Source: Eledone cirrhosa
Taxonomy: Eukaryota
Assembly (NCBI GenBank): GCA_964016885.1
Contig: OZ024757.1
Location: forward strand, 496,001 to 560,000
Length of the DNA: 64,000 bases
Reading direction: 5' to 3'
Made by a program: the position numbers and the translations under genes. Below the pieces are notes generated by a model. The model made no database searches and had not been told where the DNA came from. It worked only from the letters and a program-made list of their open reading frames with translations. Below, piece after piece: positions 50,201 to 63,700 of the stretch (positions are counted from its first letter, which is position 1; each line of letters starts with the position of its first letter).

Positions 50201-51300
50201 ACTAGGGTGAGATAGTGACATTGGGGTGGAGACAATAGTTACTAGGGTGAGATAGTGACATTGGGGTGAAGACAGTAGCTACTTGGGTCAGATAGTGACA
50301 TTGGGGTGAGATAGAGATATTGGGGTGTAGACAATAGTTACTAGGGTGAGATAGTATCATTAGGGTGAGGACAGTAGATACTAGAGTGCGATAGATGACA
50401 ATATGGTGAAGACAATAGCTACTCGGGTGAGAGAGTGACATTGGTGTGAAGACATTAGCTACTTGGGTGAGATAGTGACATTGGGGTGAAGACAATAGCT
50501 ACTAGGGTGAGATAGTGACATTGTGGTGAAGACAGTAGCTATTTGGGTGAGATAGTGACATTGGGGTGAAGACACTAGCTACTAGGGTGAGATAGTGACA
50601 TTGGTGTGAAGACAGTAGCTACTAGGGTAAGATAGTGACATTGGGGTGACAACAGTAGCTACTTGGGTGAGATAATGACATTGGGGTGAAGACAATAGCT
50701 ACTAGGGTGAGATAGTGACATTGGGGTGAAGACAATAGCTACTAGGGTGAGATAGTGACATTGGTGTGAAGACAGTAGCTACTAGGGTGAGATAGTGACA
50801 TTGGGGTGAAGACAGTAGCTACTAGGGTGAGATAGTGACATTGGGGTGAAGACTAGCTACTAGGGTGAGATAGTGACATTGGGGTGAAGACAGTAGCTAC
50901 TAGGGTGAGATAGGGACATTGGGGTGACAACAGTAGCTACGAGGGTTAGATAGTGACATTAGGGTGAATACATTAGCTACTAGGGTGAGATAATGACATT
51001 GGGGTGAAGACAATAGCTACTAGGGTGAGATAGTGACATTGGGGTGAAGACAATAGCTACTAGGGTGAGATAGTGACATTGGGGTGAAGACAGTAGCTAT
51101 TTGGGTGAGATAGTGACATTGGGGTGAAGGCACTAGCTACTAGGGTGAGATAGTGACATTGGGGTGGAGACAGTAGCTACTAGGGCGAGATAGTGACATT
51201 TGATTGAAGACAATAACTACTAGGGTGAGATAGTGACATTAGGGTGAATACAGTAACTACTAGGGTGAGATAGTGACATTGGGGTGAAGACAGTAGCTAC
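41250..51300 (+). repeat. Tandem 5026-bp higher-order duplication built from 2693- and 2333-bp subunits
   Basis: Markers cagtagcaac 42794/47820, cattggtttg 44875/49901 and aaggcactag 46101/51127 are all 5026 apart. The artefactual 97-aa ORFs recur at 40150, 42843, 45176, 47869 and 50202 (alternating +2693/+2333). Boundaries are approximate. Confidence 0.9.
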
Positions 51301-52429
51301 TTGGGTCAGATAGTGACATTGGGGTGAGATAGAGATATTGGGGTGTAGACAATAGTTACTAGGGTGAGATAGTATCATTAGGGTGAGGACAGTAGATACT
51401 AGAGTGCGATAGATGACAATATGGTGAAGACAATAGCTACTCGGGTGAGAGAGTGACATTGGTGTGAAGACATTAGCTACTTGGGTGAGATAGTGACATT
51501 GGGGTGAAGACAATAGCTATTAGGGTGAGATAGTGACATTGTGGTGAAGACAGTAGCTATTTGGGTGAGATAGTGACATTGGGGTGAAGACACTAGCTAC
51601 TAGGGTGAGATAGTGACATTGGGGTGGAGACAGTAGCTACTAGGGTGTGATAGTGACATTGGTGTGAAGACAGTAGCTACTAGGGTGAGATAGTGAGATT
51701 GGGGTGAAGACTAGCTACTAGGTTGAGATAGTGACATTGGTTGCAAGACAATAGCTACTAGGGTGAGATAGTGACATTGGGGTGACAACAGTAGCTACTA
51801 GGGTGAGATAGTGACATTGGGGTGAAAACAGTAGCTACTTGGGTGAGATAATGACATTGGGGTGAAGACAATAGCTACTTGGGTGAGATAGTGACATTGG
51901 GGTGACAACAGTAGCTACTAGGGTGAGATAGTGAGATTGGGGTGAAGACAGTAGCTACTGGGTGAGATAGTGACATTGGGATGAAGACAGAAGCTACTAG
52001 GTTGTGATAGTGACATTAGGGTGACAACAGTAGCTACTAGGGTGAGATAGTGACATTAGGGTGAAGACAATAGCTACTAGGGTGAGATAGTGACATTAGG
52101 GTGAATACAGTAACTACTAGGGTGAGATAATGACATTGAGGTGAAAACAGTAACTACTAGAGTGAGGTAGTGACATTGGGGTAAAGAGAGTAGCTACTAG
52201 GGTGAGAGAGTGACATTGGTTTGAAGACATTAGCTACTAGGGTGAGGTAGTGACATTGGAGTGAAGACAGTAGCTACTAGTGTGAGATAGTGACATTGGT
52301 GTGAAGACAGTAGCTACTAGGGTGAGATAGGGACATTGGGGTGACAACAGTAGCTACTAGGGTGAGATATGACATTGGTGTGAAGACAGTAGCTACTAGT
52401 GTAAGATAGTGACATTGGGGTGACAACAG

Positions 52430-55400
52430 TAGCTACTAGGGTGAGATAGTGACATTGGGGTGAAGACAAAAGCTACTAGGGTGAGATAGTGACATTGGTG
52501 TGAAGACAGTAGCTACTAGGGTAAGATAGTGACATTGGGGTGACAACAGTAGCTACTTGGGTGAGATAATGACATTGGGGTGAAGACAATAGCTACTAGG
52601 GTGAGATAGTGACATTGGGGTGAAGACAATAGCTACTAGGGTGAGATAGTGACATTGGTGTGAAGACAGTAGCTACTAGGGTGAGATAGTGACATTGGGG
52701 TGAAGACAGTAGCTACTAGGGTGAGATAGTGACATTGGGGTAAAGAGAGTAGCTACTAGGGTGAGATAGTGACATTGGGCTGAAGAAAATAGCTACTAGG
52801 GTTAGAGAGTGACATTGGTGTGAAGACATTAGCTACTAGGGTGAGATAGGGACATTGGGGTGACAACAGTAGCTACTAGGGTGAGATAGTGACATTGGGG
52901 TGACAACAGTAGCTACTAGGGTGAGATAGTGACATTGGGGTGAAGACAGTAGCTACTGGGTGAGATAGTGACATTGGGATGAAGCCAGAAGCTACTAGGT
53001 TGTGCTAGTGACATTAGGGTGGAGACAGTAGCTACTAGGGTGAGAGAGTGACATTGGTGTGAATACATTAGCTACTAGGGTGAGATTGTGACATTGGGGT
53101 GAAGACAGTAGCTACTAGTGTGAGATAGGGACATTGGGGTGACAACAGTAGCTACTAGGGTGAGATAGTGACATCGGTGTGAAGAGAGTAGCTACTAGGG
53201 TGAGTTAGTGACATTGGTGTGAAGGCAGTAGCTACTAGGGTGAGATAGTGAGATTGGAGTGAAGACTAGCTACTAGGGTGAGATAGTGACATTGGTTGGA
53301 AGACAATAGCTACTAGGGTGAGATAGTGACATTGGTTGGAAGACAATAGCTACTAGGGTGAGATAGTGACATTGGGGTGACAACAGTAGCTACTAGGGTG
53401 AGATAGTGACCTTGGGGTGAATACAGTAGCTACTAGGGTGAGATAGTGACATTGGTGTGAAGACAGTAGCTACTAGGGTGAGATAGTGACATTGGTGTGA
53501 AGACAGTAGCTACTAGGTTAAGATAGTGACATTGGGGTGACAACAGTAGCTACTTGGGTGAGATAATGACATTGGGGTGAAGACAATAGCTACTAGGGTG
53601 AGATAGTGACATTGGGGTGAAGACAATAGTTACTAGAGTGCGACAGTGACATTGGTGTGAAGACAGTAGCTACTAGGTTAAGATAGTGACATTGGGGTGA
53701 CAACAGTAGCTACTTGGGTGAGATAGTGACATTGGTGTGAAGACAGTAGCTACTAGGGTGAGATAGTGACATTGGGGTGAAGACAGTAGCTACTAGGGTG
53801 AGATAGTGACATTGGGGTGAAGACTAGCTACTAGTGTGAGATAGTGACATTGGGGTGAAGACAGTAGCTACTAGGGTGAGATAGTGACATTGGTGTGAAG
53901 ACAGTAGCTACTAAGGTGAGATAGTGACATTGGGGTGAAGACAGTAGCTACTAGGGTGAGATAGTAACATTAGGGTGAAGACAGTAGCTACTAGGGTGAG
54001 ATAGTGACATTAGAGTGAAGACAGTAGTTACTAGGGTGAGATAGTGACATTGGGGTGGAGACAATAGTTACTAGGGTGAGATAGTGACATTGGGGTGGAG
54101 ACAATAGTTACTAGGGTGAGATAGTGACATTGGGGTGAAGACAGTAGCTACTTGGGTAAAATAGTGACATTGGGGTGAGATAGAGATATTGGGGTGTAGA
54201 CAATAGTTACTAGGGTGAGATAGTATCATTAGGGTGAGGACAGTAGATACTAGAGTGCGATAGATGACAATATGGTGAAGACAATAGCTACTCGGGTGAG
54301 AGAGTGACATTGGTGTGAAGACATTAGCTACTTGGGTGAGATAGTGACATTGGGGTGAAGACAATAGCTACTAGGGTGAGATAGTGACATTGTGGTGAAG
54401 ACAGTAGCTATTTGGGTGAGATAGTGACATTGGGGTGAAGACACTAGCTACTAGGGTGAGATAGTGACATTGGGGTGGAGACAGTAGCTACTAGGGTGTG
54501 ATAGTGACATTAGGGTGAAGACAGTAGCTACTAGGGTGGGATAGTGACATTGGGTTGAAGACAATAGCTACTAGGGTGAGATAGTGACATTAGGGTGAAT
54601 ACAGTAACTACTAGGGTGAGATAGTGACATTGGGGTGAAGACAGTAACTACTAGGGTGAGATAGTGACATTGGGGTAAAGAGAGTAGCTACTAGGGTGAG
54701 ATAGTGACATTGGGGTGGAGAAAATAGCTACTAGGGTGAGAGAGTGACATTGGTGTGAAGACATTAGCTACTAGGGTGAGATTATGACATTGGGGTGAAG
54801 ACAGTAGCTACTAGTGTGAGATAGAGACATTGGTGTGAAGACAGTAGCTACTAGGGTGAGATAGTGACATTGGGTTGAAGACAATAGCTACTAGGGTGAG
54901 ATAGTGACATTGGGGTGAAGACAGTAGCTACTGGGTGAGATAGTGACATTGGGATGAAGCCAGAAGCTACTAGGTTGTGCTAGTGACATTAGGGTGGAGA
55001 CAGTAGCTACTAGGGTGAGATAGTGATATTAGGGTGAAGATAGTAGCTACTAGGGTGAGAGAGTGACATTGGGGTGACAACAGTAGCTACTAGGGTGAGA
55101 TAGTGACATTGGGGTGAATACAGTAGCTACTAGCGTGAGATAGTGACATTGGTGTGAAGACAGTAGCTACTAGGGTGATATAGTGACATTGGTGTGAAGA
55201 CAGTAGCTACTAGGGTGAGATAGTGACATTGGGGTGAAGACAGTAGCTACTAGTGTGAGATAGAGACATTGGTGTGAAGACAGTAGCTACTAGGGTGAGA
55301 TAGGGACATTGGGGTGACAACAGTTGCTACTAGGGTGAGATAGTGACATTGGTGCGAAGACAGTAGCTACTAGGGTGAGTTAGTGACATTGGTGTGAAGA

Positions 55401-58400
55401 CAGTAGCTACTAGGGTGAGATAGTGAGATTGGGGTGAACACTAGCTACTAGGGTGAGATAGTGACATTGGGGTGACAACAGTAGCTACTAGGGTGAGATA
55501 GTGACATTGGGGTGAATACAGTAGCTACTAGCGTGAGATAGTGACATTGGTGTGAAGACAGTAGCTACTAGGGTGATATAGTGACATTGGTGTGAAGACA
55601 GTAGCTACTAGGTTAAGATAGTGACATTGGTGTGACAACAGTAGCAACTTGGGTGAGATAATGACATTGGGGTGAAGACAATAGCTACTAGAGTGAGATA
55701 GTGACATTGGGGTGAAGACAGTAGCTACTAGGGTGAGATAGTGACATTGGGGTGAAGACAGTAGCTACTAGGGTGAGATAGTGACATTGGAGTGAAGACT
55801 AGCTACTAGTGTGAGATAGTGACATTGGGGTGAAGACAGTAGCTACTAGGGTCAGATAGTGACATTGGTGTGAAGACAGTAGCTACTAAGGTGAGATAGT
55901 GACATTGCGGTGAAGACAGTAGCTACTAGGGTGAGATAGTGACATTAGGGTGAATACATTAGCTACTAGGGTGAGATAGTGACATTGGGGTTAAGACAAT
56001 AGCTACTCGGGTGAGAGAGTGACATTGGTGTGAAGACATTAGCTACTTGGGTGAGATAGTGACATTGGGGTGAAGACAATAGCTACTAGGGTGAGATAGT
56101 GACATTGTGGTGAAGACAGTAGCTATTTGGGTGAGATAGTGACATTGGGGTGAAGAAACTAGCTACTAGGGTGAGATAGTGACATTGGGGTGGAGACAGT
56201 AGCTACTAGGGTGAGATAGTGACATTAGGGTGAAGACAGTAGCTACTAGGGTGGGATAGTGACATTGGGTTGAAGACAATAGCTACTAGGGTGAGATAGT
56301 AACATTAGGGTGAATACAGTAACTACTAGGGTGAGATAGTGACATTGGGGTGAAGACAGTAACTACTAGGGTGAGATAGTGACATTGGAGTAAAGAGAGT
56401 AGCTACTAGGGTGAGATAGTGACATTGGGGTGGAGAAAATAGCTACTAGGGTGAGAGAGTGACATTGGTGTGAAGACATTAGCTACTAGGGTGAGATAGG
56501 GACATTGGGGTGACAACAGTAGCTACTAGGGTGAGATAGTGACATTGGGGTGACAACAGTAGCTACTAGGGTGAGATAGTGACATTGGGGTGAAGACAGT
56601 AGCTACTAGGGTGAGATAGTGACATTGGGGTGAAGACAAAAGCTACTAGGGTGAGATAGTGACATTGGTGTGAAGACAGTAGCTACTAGGGTAAGATAGT
56701 GACATTGGGGTGACAACAGTAGCTACTTGGGTGAGATAATGACATTGGGGTGAAGACAATAGCTACTAGGGTGAGATAGTGACATTGGGGTGAAGACAAT
56801 AGCTACTAGGGTGAGATAGTGACATTGGTGTGAAGACAGTAGCTACTAGGGTGAGATAGTGACATTGGGGTGAAGACAGTAGCTACTAGGGTGAGATAGT
56901 GACATTGGGGTAAAGAGAGTAGCTACTAGGGTGAGATAGTGACATTGGGCTGAAGAAAATAGCTACTAGGGTTAGAGAGTGACATTGGTGTGAAGACATT
57001 AGCTACTAGGGTGAGATAGGGACATTGGGGTGACAACAGTAGCTACTAGGGTGAGATAGTGACATTGGGGTGACAACAGTAGCTACTAGGGTGAGATAGT
57101 GACATTGGGGTGAAGACAGTAGCTACTGGGTGAGATAGTGACATTGGGATGAAGCCAGAAGCTACTAGGTTGTGCTAGTGACATTAGGGTGGAGACAGTA
57201 GCTACTAGGGTGAGAGAGTGACATTGGTGTGAATACATTAGCTACTAGGGTGAGATTGTGACATTGGGGTGAAGACAGTAGCTACTAGTGTGAGATAGGG
57301 ACATTGGGGTGACAACAGTAGCTACTAGGGTGAGATAGTGACATCGGTGTGAAGAGAGTAGCTACTAGGGTGAGTTAGTGACATTGGTGTGAAGGCAGTA
57401 GCTACTAGGGTGAGATAGTGAGATTGGAGTGAAGACTAGCTACTAGGGTGAGATAGTGACATTGGTTGGAAGACAATAGCTACTAGGGTGAGATAGTGAC
57501 ATTGGTTGGAAGACAATAGCTACTAGGGTGAGATAGTGACATTGGGGTGACAACAGTAGCTACTAGGGTGAGATAGTGACCTTGGGGTGAATACAGTAGC
57601 TACTAGGGTGAGATAGTGACATTGGTGTGAAGACAGTAGCTACTAGGGTGAGATAGTGACATTGGTGTGAAGACAGTAGCTACTAGGTTAAGATAGTGAC
57701 ATTGGGGTGACAACAGTAGCTACTTGGGTGAGATAATGACATTGGGGTGAAGACAATAGCTACTAGGGTGAGATAGTGACATTGGGGTGAAGACAATAGT
57801 TACTAGAGTGCGACAGTGACATTGGTGTGAAGACAGTAGCTACTAGGTTAAGATAGTGACATTGGGGTGACAACAGTAGCTACTTGGGTGAGATAGTGAC
57901 ATTGGTGTGAAGACAGTAGCTACTAGGGTGAGATAGTGACATTGGGGTGAAGACAGTAGCTACTAGGGTGAGATAGTGACATTGGGGTGAAGACTAGCTA
58001 CTAGTGTGAGATAGTGACATTGGGGTGAAGACAGTAGCTACTAGGGTGAGATAGTGACATTGGTGTGAAGACAGTAGCTACTAAGGTGAGATAGTGACAT
58101 TGGGGTGAAGACAGTAGCTACTAGGGTGAGATAGTAACATTAGGGTGAAGACAGTAGCTACTAGGGTGAGATAGTGACATTAGAGTGAAGACAGTAGTTA
58201 CTAGGGTGAGATAGTGACATTGGGGTGGAGACAATAGTTACTAGGGTGAGATAGTGACATTGGGGTGGAGACAATAGTTACTAGGGTGAGATAGTGACAT
58301 TGGAGTGAAGACAGTAGCTACTTGGGTAAAATAGTGACATTGGGGTGAGATAGAGATATTGGGGTGTAGACAATAGTTACTAGGGTGAGATAGTATCATT

Positions 58401-60770
58401 AGGGTGAGGACAGTAGATACTAGAGTGCGATAGATGACAATATGGTGAAGACAATAGCTACTCGGGTGAGAGAGTGACATTGGTGTGAAGACATTAGCTA
58501 CTTGGGTGAGATAGTGACATTGGGGTGAAGACAATAGCTACTAGGGTGAGATAGTGACATTGTGGTGAAGACAGTAGCTATTTGGGTGAGATAGTGACAT
58601 TGGGGTGAAGACACTAGCTACTAGGGTGAGATAGTGACATTGGGGTGGAGACAGTAGCTACTAGGGTGTGATAGTGACATTAGGGTGAAGACAGTAGCTA
58701 CTAGGGTGGGATAGTGACATTGGGTTGAAGACAATAGCTACTAGGGTGAGATAGTGACATTAGGGTGAATACAGTAACTACTAGGGTGAGATAGTGACAT
58801 TGGGGTGAAGACAGTAACTACTAGGGTGAGATAGTGACATTGGGGTAAAGAGAGTAGCTACTAGGGTGAGATAGTGACATTGGGGTGGAGAAAATAGCTA
58901 CTAGGGTGAGAGAGTGACATTGGTGTGAAGACATTAGCTACTAGGGTGAGATTATGACATTGGGGTGAAGACAGTAGCTACTAGTGTGAGATAGAGACAT
59001 TGGTGTGAAGACAGTAGCTACTAGGGTGAGATAGTGACATTGGGTTGAAGACAATAGCTACTAGGGTGAGATAGTGACATTGGGGTGAAGACAGTAGCTA
59101 CTGGGTGAGATAGTGACATTGGGATGAAGCCAGAAGCTACTAGGTTGTGCTAGTGACATTAGGGTGGAGACAGTAGCTACTAGGGTGAGATAGTGATATT
59201 AGGGTGAAGATAGTAGCTACTAGGGTGAGAGAGTGACATTGGGGTGACAACAGTAGCTACTAGGGTGAGATAGTGACATTGGGGTGAATACAGTAGCTAC
59301 TAGCGTGAGATAGTGACATTGGTGTGAAGACAGTAGCTACTAGGGTGATATAGTGACATTGGTGTGAAGACAGTAGCTACTAGGGTGAGATAGTGACATT
59401 GGGGTGAAGACAGTAGCTACTAGTGTGAGATAGAGACATTGGTGTGAAGACAGTAGCTACTAGGGTGAGATAGGGACATTGGGGTGACAACAGTTGCTAC
59501 TAGGGTGAGATAGTGACATTGGTGCGAAGACAGTAGCTACTAGGGTGAGTTAGTGACATTGGTGTGAAGACAGTAGCTACTAGGGTGAGATAGTGAGATT
59601 GGGGTGAACACTAGCTACTAGGGTGAGATAGTGACATTGGGGTGACAACAGTAGCTACTAGGGTGAGATAGTGACATTGGGGTGAATACAGTAGCTACTA
59701 GCGTGAGATAGTGACATTGGTGTGAAGACAGTAGCTACTAGGGTGATATAGTGACATTGGTGTGAAGACAGTAGCTACTAGGTTAAGATAGTGACATTGG
59801 TGTGACAACAGTAGCAACTTGGGTGAGATAATGACATTGGGGTGAAGACAATAGCTACTAGAGTGAGATAGTGACATTGGGGTGAAGACAGTAGCTACTA
59901 GGGTGAGATAGTGACATTGGGGTGAAGACAGTAGCTACTAGGGTGAGATAGTGACATTGGAGTGAAGACTAGCTACTAGTGTGAGATAGTGACATTGGGG
60001 TGAAGACAGTAGCTACTAGGGTCAGATAGTGACATTGGTGTGAAGACAGTAGCTACTAAGGTGAGATAGTGACATTGCGGTGAAGACAGTAGCTACTAGG
60101 GTGAGATAGTGACATTAGGGTGAATACATTAGCTACTAGGGTGAGATAGTGACATTGGGGTTAAGACAATAGCTACTCGGGTGAGAGAGTGACATTGGTG
60201 TGAAGACATTAGCTACTTGGGTGAGATAGTGACATTGGGGTGAAGACAATAGCTACTAGGGTGAGATAGTGACATTGTGGTGAAGACAGTAGCTATTTGG
60301 GTGAGATAGTGACATTGGGGTGAAGAAACTAGCTACTAGGGTGAGATAGTGACATTGGGGTGGAGACAGTAGCTACTAGGGTGAGATAGTGACATTAGGG
60401 TGAAGACAGTAGCTACTAGGGTGGGATAGTGACATTGGGTTGAAGACAATAGCTACTAGGGTGAGATAGTAACATTAGGGTGAATACAGTAACTACTAGG
60501 GTGAGATAGTGACATTGGGGTGAAGACAGTAACTACTAGGGTGAGATAGTGACATTGGAGTAAAGAGAGTAGCTACTAGGGTGAGATAGTGACATTGGGG
60601 TGGAGAAAATAGCTACTAGGGTGAGAGAGTGACATTGGTGTGAAGACATTAGCTACTAGGGTGAGATAGGGACATTGGGGTGACAACAGTAGCTACTAGG
60701 GTGAGATAGTGACATTGGGGTGACAACAGTAGCTACTAGGGTGAGATAGTGACATTGGGGTGAAGACAGT
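52430..60770 (+). repeat. Near-perfect tandem 4170-bp duplication
   Basis: tgaagacaaa 52461/56631, cgacagtgac 53641/57811 and ORFs 54071/58241 are all 4170 apart. One difference noticed: G54134 vs A58304. Confidence 0.92.
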
Positions 60771-63700
60771 AGCTACTAGGGTGAGATAGTGACATTGGGG
60801 TGAAGACAATAGCTACTAGGGTGAGATAGTGACATTGGTGTGAAGACAGTAGCTACTAGGGTGAGATAGTGACATTAGGGTGAATACATTACCTGCTAGG
60901 GTGAGATAATGACATTGGGGTGAAGACAATAGTTACTAGGGTGAGATAGTGACATTGGGGTGAAGACAGTAGTTACTAGGGTGAGATAGTGACATTGGGG
61001 TGGAGGCAATAGTTACTAGGGTGAGATAGTGACATTAGAGTGAAGACAGTAGTTACTAGGGTGAGATAGTGACATTGGGGTGGAGACAATAGTTACTAGG
61101 GTGAGATAGTGACATTGGGGTGAAGACAGTAGCTACTTGGGTCAGATAGTGACATTGGGGTGAGATAGAGACATTGGGGTGTAGACAATAATTACTAGGG
61201 TGAGATAGTATCATTAGGGTGAAGACAGTAGATACTAGAGTGCGATAGATGACATTATGGTGAAGACAATAGCTACTCGGGTGAGAGAGTGACATTGGTG
61301 TGAAGACATTAGCTACTTGGGTGAGATAGTGACATTGTGGTGAAGACAGTAGCTATTTGGGTGAGATAGTGACATTGGGGTGGAGATAGTAGATACTAGG
61401 GTGAGATAGTGACATTGGGGTGAAGACACTAGCTACTAGGGTGAGATAGTGACATTGGGGTGGAGACAGTAGCTACTAGGGTGAGATAGTGACATTAGGG
61501 TGAAGACAGTAGCTACTAGGGTGAGATAGTGACATTGTGGTGAAGACAGTAGCTATTTGGGTGAGATAGTGACATTGGGGTGGAGATAGTAGCTACTAGG
61601 GTGAGATAGTGACATTGGGGTGAAGACACTAGCTACTGGGGTGAGATAGTGACATTGGGGTGGAGACAGTAGCTACTAGGGTGAGATAGTGACATTAGGG
61701 TGAAGACAGTAGCTACTAGGGTGGGATAGTGACATTGGGTTGAAGACAATAGCTACTAGGGCGAGATAGTAACATTAGGGTGAATACAGTAACTACTAGG
61801 GTGAGATAGTGACATTGGGGTGAAGACAGTAACTACTAGGGTGAGATAGTGACATTGGGGTAAAGAGAGTAGCTACTAGGGTGAGATAGTGACATTGGGG
61901 TGAAGACTAGCTACTAGGGTGAGATAGTGACATTGGGGTGAAGACAGTAGCTACTAGGGTGAGATAGTGACATTGGGGTGGAGAAAATAGCTACTAGGGT
62001 GAGAGAGTGACATTGGTGTGAAGACATTAGCTACTAGGGTGAGATAGGGACATTGGGGTGACAACAGTAGCTACTAGGGTGAGATAGTGACATTGGGGTG
62101 ACAACAGTAGCTACTGGGGTGAGATAGTGACATTGGGGTGAAGACTAGCTACTAGGGTGAGATAGTGACATTGGGGTGAAGACAGTAGCTACTAGGGTGA
62201 GATAGGGACATTGGGGTGACAACAGTAGCTACTAGGGTGAGATAGTGACATTAGGGTGAATACATTACCTGCTAGGGTGAGATAATGACATTGGGGTGAA
62301 GATAATAGCTACTAGGGTGAGATAGTGACATTGGGGTGAAGACAGTAGCTACTGGGTGAGATAGTGACATTGGGGTGAAGACAGAAGCTACTAGGTTATG
62401 ATAGTTAAATTAGGGTGAAGACAGTAGCTACTAGGGTGATAGTGACATTAGAGTGAAGACAGTAGTTACTATGGTGAGATAGTGACATTTGGGTGGAGAC
62501 AATAGTTACTAGGGTGAGAGAGTGACATTGGAATGGAGAGAGTAGCTACTAGGGTGAGATAGTGACATTGGGGTGAAGACAGTCGCTACTAGGGTCAGAT
62601 AGTGACATTGGGGTGAGATAGAGACATTGGGGTGTAGACAATAGTTACTAGGGTGAGATAGTGTCATTGGGGTGAAGACAGTAGCTACTAGAGTGAGATA
62701 GTGATCTTGGCGTGAAGACAATAGCTACTAGGGTGCGATAGTGATATTAGGGTGAAGACAATAGCTACTCGGGTGAGAGAGTGACATTGGTGTGAAGACA
62801 TTAGCTACTTGTGTGAGATAGTGACATTGGGGTGGAGACAGTAGCCATTTTGGGTGAGATAGTGACATTGGGGTGAAGACACTAGCTACTAGGGTGAGAT
62901 AGTGACATTGGCTTGAAGACAGTAGCTACTAGGGTGAGATAGTGATATTAGGGTGAATACAGTAACTACTAGGGTGAGATAGTGACATTGGGGTGAAGAC
63001 AGTAACTACTAGGGTGAGATAGTGACATTGGGGTGAAGACAATAGCTACTAGGGTGAGATAGTGACATTCGGGTGAAGACAATAGCTACTAGGGTGAGAT
63101 AATGACATTGGTGTGAAGACAGTAGCTACTAGGGTGAGATAGTGACATTGGGGTGAAGACAGTAGCTACTAGGGTGAGATAGGGACATTGGGGTGACAAC
63201 AGTAGCTACTAGGGTGAGATAGTGACATTGGGGTGAAGACAGTAGCTACTAGGGTGAGATAATGACATTGGGATGAAGACAGAAGCTACTAGGTTGTGAT
63301 AGTGACATTAGGGTGAAGACAGTAGCTACTAGGGTGAGATAGTGACATTAGAGTGAAGACAGAAGTTACTAGGGTGAGATAGTGACATTGGGTGGAGACA
63401 GAAGCTACTAGGGTGAGATAGGGACATTGGGGTGACAACAGTAGCTACTAGGGTGAGATAGTGACATTATGGTGAATACATTACCTACTAGGGTCAGATA
63501 ATGACATTGGCGTGAAGACAGTAGCTACTGGGTGAGATAGTGACATTGGGGTGAAGACAGAAGCTACTAGGGTGTGATAGTTAAATTAGGGTGAAGACAG
63601 TAGCTACTAGGGTGAGATAGTGACATTAGAGTGAAGACAGTAGTTACTATGGTGAGATAGTGACATTTGGGTGGAGACAATAGTTACTAGGGTGAGATAG

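Noticed and set aside
2373-62721. Recurrent 63-97 aa minus-strand ORFs (MSSPQ...HPNVTISP) as a repeat-protein family
   Set aside because: They are translations of the 40-bp unit. The minus strand has TAG stops in every monomer, and ORFs over 60 aa arise only where 19- or 41-bp variants shift the frame. Most use non-ATG starts. They are useful only as HOR markers.
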